Shown in pieces: positions 19,640 to 27,628 of a stretch of DNA of 64,000 nucleotides. Source of the DNA: Candidatus Rariloculaceae bacterium (GTDB lineage Bacteria > Pseudomonadota > Gammaproteobacteria > Steroidobacterales > Rariloculaceae); assembly GCA_965205045.1 (NCBI GenBank), contig OZ242031.1, positions 4,572,044 to 4,636,043 on the forward strand, read 5' to 3'. The notes under the pieces were generated by a model, which saw only the letters and a program-made list of their open reading frames with translations, did not search any database and was not told where the DNA came from. The translations under genes and the position numbers were made by a program. Every line of letters begins with the position of its first letter. Within the stretch, counting starts at the first letter, position 1.

Positions 19640-19822
19640 GGTTCCTGCGCGAGGATCGCATCACGCCATCAGGGCGCACGGCGGCCTTCCTCGACCGGTC
19701 CGAGGTACCGTGTCGCTCGGGGTGGCGTCGCACCAGGCCATCGGGCCGCACGGCGGCCTTCGCCGCCTGTGTTAGCCTATGCGCCCAACGCCGCTTGAAC
19801 GCGCAAACAACGGAGTTGATCC

Positions 19823-20203
19823 ATGGCAGACAATCCAGCGGATGGCGAAATCCGCATGTCGGCGGGCAACCTCTACCGGGAGGAAACCTATACCGACCGG
19901 CAGGTCGGGAGCCTGCAGATACTCACTCCGGTCAAGAAAGACGGATCCACCGACTTTTCCCGGCAGCGATTGTTCGTGGGCCAGACCCAGATCCTGACGC
20001 CCGCGGGCGCCTTGCCCCTGAGTTTCGAGATCGAGGCCAAGTCGCTGGAAGAGGCGATCGGGAAGTTCGGTGACAGCGCGCAGACGGCGCTCGCGGGAAC
20101 CATGGAGCGCATCGAGGAGATGCGCCGGGAAGCCGCCTCGTCCATCATCGTGCCGGGGAGCGATCCGATGGCAGCCCCGGGCGGGGGGCTCCAGGTTCGC
20201 TGA
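19823..20203 (+). CDS. Hypothetical cytoplasmic protein
   Basis: 126-aa ORF with ordinary protein-like composition (…YTDRQVGSLQILTPVKKDG…LSFEIEAKSLEEAIGKF…). I did not recognise a family. Confidence 0.45.
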   Translation: MADNPADGEIRMSAGNLYREETYTDRQVGSLQILTPVKKDGSTDFSRQRLFVGQTQILTPAGALPLSFEIEAKSLEEAIGKFGDSAQTALAGTMERIEEMRREAASSIIVPGSDPMAAPGGGLQVR

Positions 20204-20257
20204 CGCGTCGCCGCTGCACGGGCGCCAGGGCCAGGCCGAGTCTCTGCGGATGCAACG

Positions 20258-21163
20258 ATGAGAAAATTGCTGAAGGATCCGCTGCTGCACTTCGTGGTAC
20301 TGGGCCTCGGCCTGTTCCTGCTCTATCGACTCACCGGCCAACAGGCCGACGGCGACGAGGTCCTAATCGACCGGGATGCCCTGCTGCGCCACTTGCAGTA
20401 CCAGTCCGTGGCCTTCGACCGGGCACAGTTCGAACTGTTCCTCGAAGACATGGCCGGGCGCGAAACGGCGGACCTGATCGTGGAAGCCGCCCGGGAGGAA
20501 ATCCTCTACCGCGAAGCACTGGCCATGGGACTGGACCGGGACGACTACATCATTCGCAGCCGTCTCGTTCAGAAGCTCATGTACCTGGCGGAAGGCTTCG
20601 CCAGCGACGCGGTCGGCCTGAGCGAAGAAGAAATTGAAGCGTATTTCGAAGCCAATCGCGACAGTTACGAACTCGATCCCTACATTACGCTGACCCACGT
20701 GTTCTTCAATGCCGAGCGCCGCGGGTGGGATGAGGCGCGCGCGCTGGCCGAGGCCAAACTCCGGGAACTCAACGACGGACTCGTGCAGTTCGAAGAAAGT
20801 TCCGCCCATGGAGACCGGTTCCCGTACTTCGTGAACTACATCGAGCGGCCTCCGCAACTCATCGCCAGCCACTTCGGAGGCGCAATGACCGAGGCGCTGT
20901 TCCAGCTCCCGGTCGACGCGGCATCGTGGCGGGGGCCGTACGAGTCCCGGTTCGGAACGCACCTGGTGATGGTCACCAACCAGCAACCGGAGCGCATGCC
21001 CGACTTCGATGAAGTCAGGGACCGTGTGGCGGCCGACGCCCAGGCCGCCCGCGACCGGGCACTGACGGACGCGGCCATCGATGAAATCGTGGCGCGCTAC
21101 ACCATCGTCATCGGCGCCGATCTGCAAAGCGCCGATGAGGGGACCGGGGCCCCGCCGGAATGA
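20258..21163 (+). CDS. Membrane-anchored parvulin-type peptidyl-prolyl isomerase
   Basis: N-terminal TM segment LLHFVVLGLGLFLLY. C-terminal rotamase-like stretch WRGPYESRFGTHLVMVTN. Confidence 0.7.
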   Translation: MRKLLKDPLLHFVVLGLGLFLLYRLTGQQADGDEVLIDRDALLRHLQYQSVAFDRAQFELFLEDMAGRETADLIVEAAREEILYREALAMGLDRDDYIIRSRLVQKLMYLAEGFASDAVGLSEEEIEAYFEANRDSYELDPYITLTHVFFNAERRGWDEARALAEAKLRELNDGLVQFEESSAHGDRFPYFVNYIERPPQLIASHFGGAMTEALFQLPVDAASWRGPYESRFGTHLVMVTNQQPERMPDFDEVRDRVAADAQAARDRALTDAAIDEIVARYTIVIGADLQSADEGTGAPPE

Positions 21164-21358
21164 GGCGGCTTGCCTTACTCGCCAGTTTGAGGTGGCTGGC
21201 CGCGTTCGCCGGTTTGAGGCGGCCTGCGCCACCCGCCAGTTTCAGGCGGCCTGCGCCACCCGCCAGTTTCAGGCGGCCTATGCCACCCGCCGGTTTGAGG
21301 CGGCCTGCGTCACCCGCCGGTTTGAGGCGGCCTGCCACACTTGACGGTTTGAGGCGGG
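21159..21358. repeat. 27-bp tandem array, about 7.5 units (consensus TTTGAGGCGGCCTGCGCCACCCGCCAG)
   Basis: Units were phased by hand at 21159, 21186, 21213, 21240, 21267, 21294, 21321 and 21348 (decaying). The array begins at the PPIase stop codon and ends at the HupE signal peptide. Confidence 0.9.
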
Positions 21359-22359
21359 CACCGCTCCTTCTGGGCCTTTGGCTCGCCCTCGCCGCCACCG
21401 CACTCGGCCACGATCTGCGCCCGATTTTCATCGACATATCCCAGACGTCGGAAACCGATACCACCCTGCGCTGGAAGATCCCGTACACGATATCGCGGGC
21501 TCAGCTCCCGGCGATTTCCCTTTCGGAGGAGTGCACACCGGAATCCGAACCTCGCCTCGTCGTGCGGGCCGACACCTACCAGGGCGAGCAATCGTACCAG
21601 TGCACCGCGGCCCTGGCCGGTGCCGCCGTTTCGCTGGACTTTCCCTCAACCAACCCATCGCTGACCACCATCATCCGGGTGCTGACCCACGATGGCCTGC
21701 CGCTCTCGGGACTGCTGGCCCCGGACGAAGTCACCTGGACGATTCCCGAAGCACCCGGGCGCTGGGAGGTCGCTGCGAATTACACCGAACTGGGCATCGA
21801 ACACATCGCCGTGGGCTGGGACCACCTGCTGTTCGTGGCGCTGATGGTCCTGCTGGCCCGCACCCCCCGGCGCACCCTGATCATGGTCACCGGCTTCACC
21901 GTGGCCCACTCGCTGACCCTGGCGCTGTCCACCCTGGACCTGGTGTCGCTGCCCATCCCGGTGGTGGAGACCGCCATCGCGCTCAGCATCGTATTCCTCG
22001 CCGCAGAAATCGCCCGCGGCAACCGGCAGACCCTGACGCACCGCTTCCCCCTGCTGGCGACCGGCCTGTTCGGCCTCCTCCACGGCTTCGGGTTCGCCTC
22101 GGTACTGCGCGAAGTGGGCCTGCCGCCCACCGAGCTGCCCACCGCCCTGCTCTTCTTCAACGTGGGCGTGGAAATCGGCCAGATCGTATTCGTGGTGGTG
22201 ATCTACGCCGCCGGCCTCGGTTGGCAGGCGGCGATGCGCCGATCGCGTTTCGGGCGCCGCGGGTTCATGGTTGAGGGGTCCCCCGCTGCTACGGCGACCG
22301 CCTACGCGGTGGGAGCCATCGCCAGCTTCTGGACGATCGAGCGGTTGCTGGCGATCTGA
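21160..22359 (+). CDS. HupE/UreJ-family membrane protein (alternative start TTG 21349)
   Basis: C-terminal half reads GWDHLLFVALMVLL...VAHSLTLA...GLLHGFGFA...FNVGVEIGQ. An ATG at 21160 would translate the repeat array. TTG 21349 gives a clean signal: (M)RRAPLLLGLWLALAATALG. Confidence 0.8.
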   Translation: MRRLALLASLRWLAAFAGLRRPAPPASFRRPAPPASFRRPMPPAGLRRPASPAGLRRPATLDGLRRAPLLLGLWLALAATALGHDLRPIFIDISQTSETDTTLRWKIPYTISRAQLPAISLSEECTPESEPRLVVRADTYQGEQSYQCTAALAGAAVSLDFPSTNPSLTTIIRVLTHDGLPLSGLLAPDEVTWTIPEAPGRWEVAANYTELGIEHIAVGWDHLLFVALMVLLARTPRRTLIMVTGFTVAHSLTLALSTLDLVSLPIPVVETAIALSIVFLAAEIARGNRQTLTHRFPLLATGLFGLLHGFGFASVLREVGLPPTELPTALLFFNVGVEIGQIVFVVVIYAAGLGWQAAMRRSRFGRRGFMVEGSPAATATAYAVGAIASFWTIERLLAI

Positions 22360-22468
22360 TAAGGGAAAAATCGTTCGACGGTTTCGACGTGATTCGGTTG
22401 TGGTGAACGCAGCGTCGTCTTCCGCCATTACGGGGACTTGGAAGATGAATTGCGACTGACGGATTCGG

Positions 22469-22762
22469 TCAGCCGTCCGTCCCGGTCCTGTGCCGGTCCG
22501 GATCGGAATCCGGGTCGGGCGGGTCCACGCGTAGCCGGAAGAAGGTTTCCACTGTGGCCTTGAGGGCAGCCAGACCCTGTTCGACCTGGCCCAGCCGATC
22601 ACTCAGCCTGTCGAGCCGATCATTCAGCTTGTCGATGCGCCCGCTTTGTTCCTTGATATCCTGGCGCAACTGGTCGCCCATAGCCTTGATATCCTGACGC
22701 AGCCAGGCAAACAGGCCGATGATGAGCGCGGCCAGCGCGATGAAAGATGCCCACTCGTTCAT
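22469..22762 (-). CDS. Small membrane-anchored coiled-coil protein
   Basis: MNEWASFIALAALIIGLFAWL TM segment, then LRQDIKAMGDQLRQDIKEQSGRIDKLNDRLDRLSDRL. No family recognised. Confidence 0.5.
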   Translation of the reverse strand: MNEWASFIALAALIIGLFAWLRQDIKAMGDQLRQDIKEQSGRIDKLNDRLDRLSDRLGQVEQGLAALKATVETFFRLRVDPPDPDSDPDRHRTGTDG

Positions 22763-22900
22763 GATCGCAGTATAGCAGTCCCGGTCCCCGGGCAAGCTGT
22801 TAAAATCCCGCCATGTCCGGACCCGATTGCGGCGTCGTGCCCGCCTGCGGGTCCACAGCACCTTGCCGAAGATGCGGGTGCCCACGCTCTGCGAGCCATC

Positions 22901-23110
22901 ATGCGTACATCAAGCGCTCGCCCTATCGCCACGGGCCTGTTTCGGGAGCGCGGCCTTTTCCTGGGTCTCGCGGCGAAATATGCCGGACTTGGAATAGCCG
23001 AGTTCATCGAGCATGTGTCGAGACTCGGAATTCCGGTGGTTTCGGGAACGGTCGAAGCTGTGCGCGACGACACCAGATCCGTGGAAGCATGGCGCCGCGG
23101 CTCGTCGTAG
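22901..23110 (+). CDS. UPF0175-family antitoxin-like protein
   Basis: GLFRERGLFLGLAAKYAGLGIAEFIEHVSRLGIPVV matches the UPF0175 pattern as I recall it. The start is uncertain. Confidence 0.55.
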   Translation: MRTSSARPIATGLFRERGLFLGLAAKYAGLGIAEFIEHVSRLGIPVVSGTVEAVRDDTRSVEAWRRGSS

Positions 23111-23247
23111 CCGACGTCAGCGCAGGATTCCGGCATGCGATCCCACACTCTCTCGCGGCTGCCAGCGCGACAGACCGTGAACAATGCCACGGCATTGGCC
23201 AATGGCTGCCACGCGATGACCGGGTTGACGCGCAGATCCATGTCTAT

Positions 23248-23265
23248 CCATAATGTCCATTATGG
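23248..23265. promoter_or_regulatory. Inverted repeat overlapping the phd start; candidate toxin-antitoxin operator
   Basis: ccataatg-tc-cattatgg has perfect 8-bp arms and spans ATG 23253 and ATG 23262. Confidence 0.35.
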
Positions 23266-23540
23266 ACACATGGGGAATTGGCGAAGCAAAGCAGCGGTTT
23301 TCGGAAGTCGTCAGGCGATCCGGAACCGAACCGCAGAAGATTTACAACCGCGACCGTCTGGTGGCCGCCGTGGTGAGCCCCGATTTGCTTGACTCCGTCC
23401 AGAATCTCCGTAAGGAGCAGTCCACTCGCTCGCTTGCCGAGGATTTTTCCGAAATCCGTGAAATCTGCACGGAGGAGAACTACAACCTCGAAATCGGCAA
23501 ACGCCAGAATCGCAGGAATTGGATCGTCGAGGATTCGTGA
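23253..23540 (+). CDS. phd: Phd/YefM-family antitoxin
   Basis: MDTWGIGEAKQRFSEVVRRSGTEPQKIYNRDRLVAAVVSPD. The stop overlaps the vapC GTG (GTGA at 23537..23540). Confidence 0.8.
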   Translation: MSIMDTWGIGEAKQRFSEVVRRSGTEPQKIYNRDRLVAAVVSPDLLDSVQNLRKEQSTRSLAEDFSEIREICTEENYNLEIGKRQNRRNWIVEDS

Positions 23541-23751
23541 TCCTGGTCGACACCAACGTTCTCGGTGAACTCTGCCGACCCCGCCCGGCCCCCGCAGTCC
23601 AGCGATGGGCCGCGGAGGTGTTGCCGCCATTCGGGTTGAGCGCCGTCACCATTGAAGAGATCCACTTCGGACTGTGCTGGAAACCAAATGCTCGGATCGA
23701 AAATTGGTTCCGACGGTTCCTGGCGGAACGATGCGAGACCTTACCTGTAAC
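23537..23751 (+). pseudogene. vapC: vapC (PIN-domain toxin), N-terminal fragment, interrupted by IS21
   Basis: VILVDTNVLGELCRPRP...IEEIHFGL...RFLAERCETLPVT, after which the reading frame runs into the IS end and stops at 23756..23758. Confidence 0.8.
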
Positions 23752-23905
23752 TGCGTAATCCCTTCAAAGTTACCAGCCAGTCCCAGTCAAAAGTACCAGT
23801 CGTTCCCGCTCAAAAGTACCACCCGATCCGCGGCAAAGTTACCGCTTCGCCGATGGTCGTCGAACGATGGCTCGGCGCGAGGCGACGCGTGGCCGGATTT
23901 TTAGG

Positions 23906-24658
23906 CTAAGCGGCGAGTGATCCACCTCCTCTGGCTTTCATTTTACGCATGGATTCCCCTTCCAGCGCGATTCGATAGGCATTGTGCACGAGCCGGTCGA
24001 GGATCGCATCGGCGTGGGTGGGTTCTCCGATCATCTTGTGCCAGTGTTCAATGGGCAACTGGCTGGTCACCAGCGTGGAGCGCCGCTCGTGCCGATCCTC
24101 GAGGATCTCCAGCAGTTCACGGCGCTGGGGCGCTGTGAGCTTGGCCAGACCCCAGTCGTCCAAAATGATGACGTCGGTCCGGGCGAGCTTTTTCATGACC
24201 TTCGGATAGCGGCCGTCGCCGTGCGCATAACCCAGTTCATCGAAGAGCCTGGAGAGGCGGCGGTACTGCACGGTGAAGCCGTCGCGGCAGGCCTTGTTGC
24301 CCAACGCGCAGGCGATCCATGACTTGCCCGTGCCGGTCGGCCCGGTGATCAGCAGGTTGAGCTTCTTCCTGATCCATTGCCCGGTGATGAGCCGCGTCAT
24401 CAGGGCCTTGTCCAGGCCCCGGGGGTGCCGGTAATCCAGATCTTCGACGACGGCGGAGTAGCGCAGCCGCGCGATGCGAAGCCGGTACTTCAGCCGCCGC
24501 TCGGCGCGGAAGGCGGCCTCGTGATCGAGCAACAGCCCGAGCCGTTCCTCGAAGCTCAACGCCTCGATCTCGCTCATGTCCTGCTGCTCCATCAGCGCCG
24601 TTCGCATGCCGGTCAGGCGCAGCTCGGCGAGTTTGTCGATGGTGGGGTGATACAACAT
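23906..24658 (-). CDS. istB: IS21 helper ATPase IstB
   Basis: 250 aa. Walker A: LLITGPTGTGKSW. Walker B: VIILDDWG. Typical IstB N-terminus: KLAELRLTGM. Confidence 0.95.
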   Translation of the reverse strand: MLYHPTIDKLAELRLTGMRTALMEQQDMSEIEALSFEERLGLLLDHEAAFRAERRLKYRLRIARLRYSAVVEDLDYRHPRGLDKALMTRLITGQWIRKKLNLLITGPTGTGKSWIACALGNKACRDGFTVQYRRLSRLFDELGYAHGDGRYPKVMKKLARTDVIILDDWGLAKLTAPQRRELLEILEDRHERRSTLVTSQLPIEHWHKMIGEPTHADAILDRLVHNAYRIALEGESMRKMKARGGGSLAA

Positions 24659-24676
24659 GGTGCAGTTCCTCCTGAT

Positions 24677-26215
24677 TTACTTGAAGTAGCCCGGCCCCCT
24701 GAGATTGTGGTGGTCGATGTTCGGCAGTTCCGGGGTGCGCGGCGGCAGCGGTTTGCGGTCCAGCCCGTTCTTCAGGATCGCCGCCACACTCTTGTAGGAG
24801 TACGATCCCAGCGCGATCGCCCGCCGGCAGGCGGCCTCCAGGCGATTCTCGGTGTAGCGTTCGCCGAGCCGCATGATGCCCAGGCAGCTTCGGAAGCCCT
24901 GTTCGGGATGCGGCCTTGCGGCCATGATGCGCTCGACCAGCGCCGCGGTGGACGCACCGACCTGGCCCGCCCAGCGGATGAGCCGCTGCGGCGTCCATTC
25001 GGCCTGGGCGCGATGCCCCCGCGGCATGTGCGCGGTCACGGTGGTGTGCCCGCCGCGGCGGCGCGAACGCAGGTGACTGGCCACGCGCCGGCCCTTGTGC
25101 AGCAGTTCCACGGTGTTCGCGGTGATCCGGGCCTGAAGCTGTTCCTTGATCAACTGGTAAGGCACCGAGTAGTAATGCCGCTCGATCTCCACGTGGTAAT
25201 CCATGTGCACGCGCACCGTTTTCCACTCGGCGTATTCGTAGGGCCGCGGCGGCAACGGGCGCATCGCCGGACGGTCCAGCGTCTCGAACAGCTCCCGCCG
25301 GCACGTGGGCAACTTCTGGAACGGCCGCGCATTGAGCGGCTTGAGCAACTCCCCGATGGCCTCGTTCAGATCGGACAGGCAAAACACCTGCAGGTGCCGC
25401 AGCCGCGCCAGGATCCAGCGCTCCACCAACAACACGCCCGCCTCGGCTTTCGCCTTGTCCCTGGGTTTTTTCGGCCTGGCAGGCAAGATGGCAACCCCGT
25501 AGTGCTCGCCCATCCCCCGGTACGTGCGGTTCAGCCGCGGCTCGTATCGATGCGCCTTGTTCACGCCGCTCTTCAGGTTGTCCGGCACCACGATCTCCGG
25601 CACCGCCCCGAAGTACTCGAACGTGCGCACGTGCGAACCGATCCAGTCCTCCATGGACTGCGACCAGGTCGCCTCCGCGTAGGTGTAGCTGGAGGCGCCC
25701 AGCACGGCCACGAAGACCTGGGCCTCGCGGACCTCGCCCGTGCGCCGGTCGATCACCCCGGCCGTCTGCCCGGCGTAATCCACGAACAGCTTCTCCCCGG
25801 CCCGGTGATCCTGGCGCATCACCACGTCCAGACGCCCGCGCCACTTCTTGTAGTGACGGCAGAAGGTCGCGTATTCGTAGCCGTCCGGATGCGCCGCCTT
25901 GTACTCGTCCCACAGCACCAGCAGCGTCATGCCCTTGCGCTTCATCTCCCGGTTCACCGCCAACCAATCGGGTTGCGGGCGCGGCACGCTCGGCGCCGGC
26001 GGCGGCGGGAACAACCGCCGTTCCAGCTCCGCGTCGTCCAGCTCCGCCGGCAACGGCCAGGACAGCCCGCAGCCTTCGGCCCGCTCGATATACCTCAACA
26101 CCGTCGGGTGGCTCAGACCGCTGCTGCGCGCGATCCGGCGCACGCTCAGCCCCAACTCCCACTTCAAACGCAATATTTCCCTGACTCGTCGCATGGCGAT
26201 TCTGGACCTCGGCAT
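24677..26215 (-). CDS. istA: IS21 transposase IstA
   Basis: N-terminal HTH: MRRVREILRLKWELGLSVRRIARSSGLSHPTVLRY. DDE core: VDYAGQT...AILPARPKKPRDKAKAE. The ORF extends to 26263, so the start is uncertain. Confidence 0.95.
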   Translation of the reverse strand: MPRSRIAMRRVREILRLKWELGLSVRRIARSSGLSHPTVLRYIERAEGCGLSWPLPAELDDAELERRLFPPPPAPSVPRPQPDWLAVNREMKRKGMTLLVLWDEYKAAHPDGYEYATFCRHYKKWRGRLDVVMRQDHRAGEKLFVDYAGQTAGVIDRRTGEVREAQVFVAVLGASSYTYAEATWSQSMEDWIGSHVRTFEYFGAVPEIVVPDNLKSGVNKAHRYEPRLNRTYRGMGEHYGVAILPARPKKPRDKAKAEAGVLLVERWILARLRHLQVFCLSDLNEAIGELLKPLNARPFQKLPTCRRELFETLDRPAMRPLPPRPYEYAEWKTVRVHMDYHVEIERHYYSVPYQLIKEQLQARITANTVELLHKGRRVASHLRSRRRGGHTTVTAHMPRGHRAQAEWTPQRLIRWAGQVGASTAALVERIMAARPHPEQGFRSCLGIMRLGERYTENRLEAACRRAIALGSYSYKSVAAILKNGLDRKPLPPRTPELPNIDHHNLRGPGYFK

Positions 26216-26404
26216 CTGCCTGCCTCCTCTGTTGGAAAACAGGCAGCCTATGGGGTCCGGCATCCACGCCGCGGACGCGCCAGAGAGCGGTACTTTTCAG
26301 CGAGTTTGGGCGGTAACTTTCAGCGAGAATCGCCGGTACATTTGAACGAGAATCGGTGGTACGTTTCGGCGAGATTCACCGGTACATTTGGCTGAGAATA
26401 CGCA

Positions 26405-26609
26405 TGTAACTGGGTCGATCGCACGGCGTGCCGGTGAATTACGCGGAAATTTTCGCTCTGCTGGCCAGACTCGCACCCAGGCCGACATGCTCATAGCCGC
26501 AACGGCGCAGGCGCACCAACTTACACTGGCGACACGCAACGTGCGTGATTTCGAAAATTGCGGTATCGCGCTTCTCAATCCTTTCGACCTGGTGGGGCAT
26601 CAAAGGTGA
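26405..26609 (+). pseudogene. vapC: vapC C-terminal fragment
   Basis: Removing the IS and one TGTAAC copy joins ...ETLPVT to GSIARRAGELRG...DMLIAATAQAHQLTLATRNVRDFENCGIALLNPF in frame. Confidence 0.8.
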
Positions 26610-26803
26610 ACTGACAGCAAACCGGGGAGGCGACTTTGAGATACAAAAATAGCTCCCATGGAGGTAATGATCACAGGAACGATGGCGCCAACTACGATGG
26701 AATCGTAGCTGGTTTCAGCGGTCAGCGACCCGGATAGCCACCCGACGGCTGCCGCAGCGACAAGGGCAATTGCCGCCGAAAGCGCCTTTACCTTTATGTT
26801 CAA
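26600..26803 (-). CDS. Possible small two-TM membrane protein
   Basis: 67-aa ORF with a TTG start, two hydrophobic segments and an AT-richer sequence. Weak support. Confidence 0.25.
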   Translation of the reverse strand: MNIKVKALSAAIALVAAAAVGWLSGSLTAETSYDSIVVGAIVPVIITSMGAIFVSQSRLPGLLSVHL

Positions 26804-26808
26804 TTTGA

Positions 26809-27123
26809 TTAGCGCTGCGACTCGGCTAGATGCAAATATGCCTGGAACCGCTCAGCGGCGGAAGGGGTCCAGATTCTGGCGCCAATAGCACCAACTGAGG
26901 CCGCGTCAGAATTATCCCCATTCTCATTTTCAACTTTCGTTAACAGTCCCTGAAAAGGATTGGCAGTGGAAGGAGGAGCGGAAACATGGACAAAACACTC
27001 TGCTGCGGGCTTTTCACCCGCATCAACGCACTTCCTGAACTCAGCAGTCTCGTCACTTGCCCATGCTGAAGAATTGAGCAGCACAATTAGGCATAGTGAA
27101 AAACCTGCATAAATTCGCGACAT
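26809..27123 (-). CDS. Possible small secreted protein
   Basis: ATG 27123 lies 9 nt after GAGG. Signal-like MSRIYAGFSLCLIVLLNSSAWA. No family recognised. Confidence 0.4.
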   Translation of the reverse strand: MSRIYAGFSLCLIVLLNSSAWASDETAEFRKCVDAGEKPAAECFVHVSAPPSTANPFQGLLTKVENENGDNSDAASVGAIGARIWTPSAAERFQAYLHLAESQR

Positions 27124-27290
27124 AATGGCCACCTCGTCACGTTAAGAAACCAGTGTATTTTGGGCGAAGCCGGAAATCAAGCTATCAAGCACGTACTGTA
27201 ATCCATTGATTAATAGTGCATTTTTTCTCTAGGTAGTACATTGGCAATCAGGCATTTCCGTTACGATTTGGAGGGGACGAGCGTAATCGT

Positions 27291-27596
27291 TCAAACTTTC
27301 CACTCGTCTTGCAGATTCGACCTCGCCTTTACGAGCAGGTCGGGTTCGGTCCAATCGCGCATGACGGGATTGTAGGGCGGCTCAAAGTGATTTTCGATAA
27401 CCGAAACTGGCGGAAACGACCGGAAATGGGCACCACGACGGTATCCAACTGCACAGACATGGGCGCAGCCACAATCGATAGGCGAGGGGTCGCGCCTTAG
27501 CTCGCGCGGCAGCAGCTCCAGGTCCACGCCGCTGTCCGACCCGAACCAGGCTCGGGTATTCTCCGCAAGATCGCTAGAACTCGCCTTGCGCTCCAC
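27291..27596 (-). CDS. Hypothetical 101-aa protein downstream of res
   Basis: GTG start 32 nt after the res stop. Contains a CGCAHVC cluster. No family recognised. Confidence 0.3.
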   Translation of the reverse strand: MERKASSSDLAENTRAWFGSDSGVDLELLPRELRRDPSPIDCGCAHVCAVGYRRGAHFRSFPPVSVIENHFEPPYNPVMRDWTEPDLLVKARSNLQDEWKV

Positions 27597-27628
27597 CGCC
27601 TCGTGAAGAATTCCCCACCCAGAATCCG

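Larger units (their letters stand above)
23752..26404 (-). mobile_element. IS21-family insertion sequence (2653 bp) with a 6-bp target-site duplication
   Basis: Ends are TGCGTAAT... and ...AATACGCA (TG/CA termini, imperfect inverted repeats). Flanking direct repeat TGTAAC at 23746..23751 and 26405..26410. Subterminal 12-bp repeats at 23-bp spacing: 4 on the left (23765, 23788, 23811, 23834) and 5 on the right (26289, 26312, 26335, 26358, 26381). Carries istA and istB. Confidence 0.9.

Noticed and set aside
15641-21358. Whether the 7-bp (15641..15724) and 27-bp (21159..21358) arrays could be CRISPR arrays
   Set aside because: The units abut directly with no spacers, the unit lengths are wrong, and there are no cas genes in the window.
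22813-23253. Expected PIN/DUF3368 toxin partner downstream of the UPF0175 gene
   Set aside because: Only LVVADVSAGF is faintly reminiscent of a PIN N-terminus. The rest does not match in any frame and the ORF ends after about 50 residues. That is not enough to call even a pseudogene.
24237-26395. 676-aa (-) and 672-aa (+) ORFs spanning the IS21 element
   Set aside because: These are alternative frames or antisense to istA/istB. The istA/istB frames carry clear HTH/DDE and Walker motifs, whereas these translations are low-complexity Arg/Pro/Gly/His-rich.
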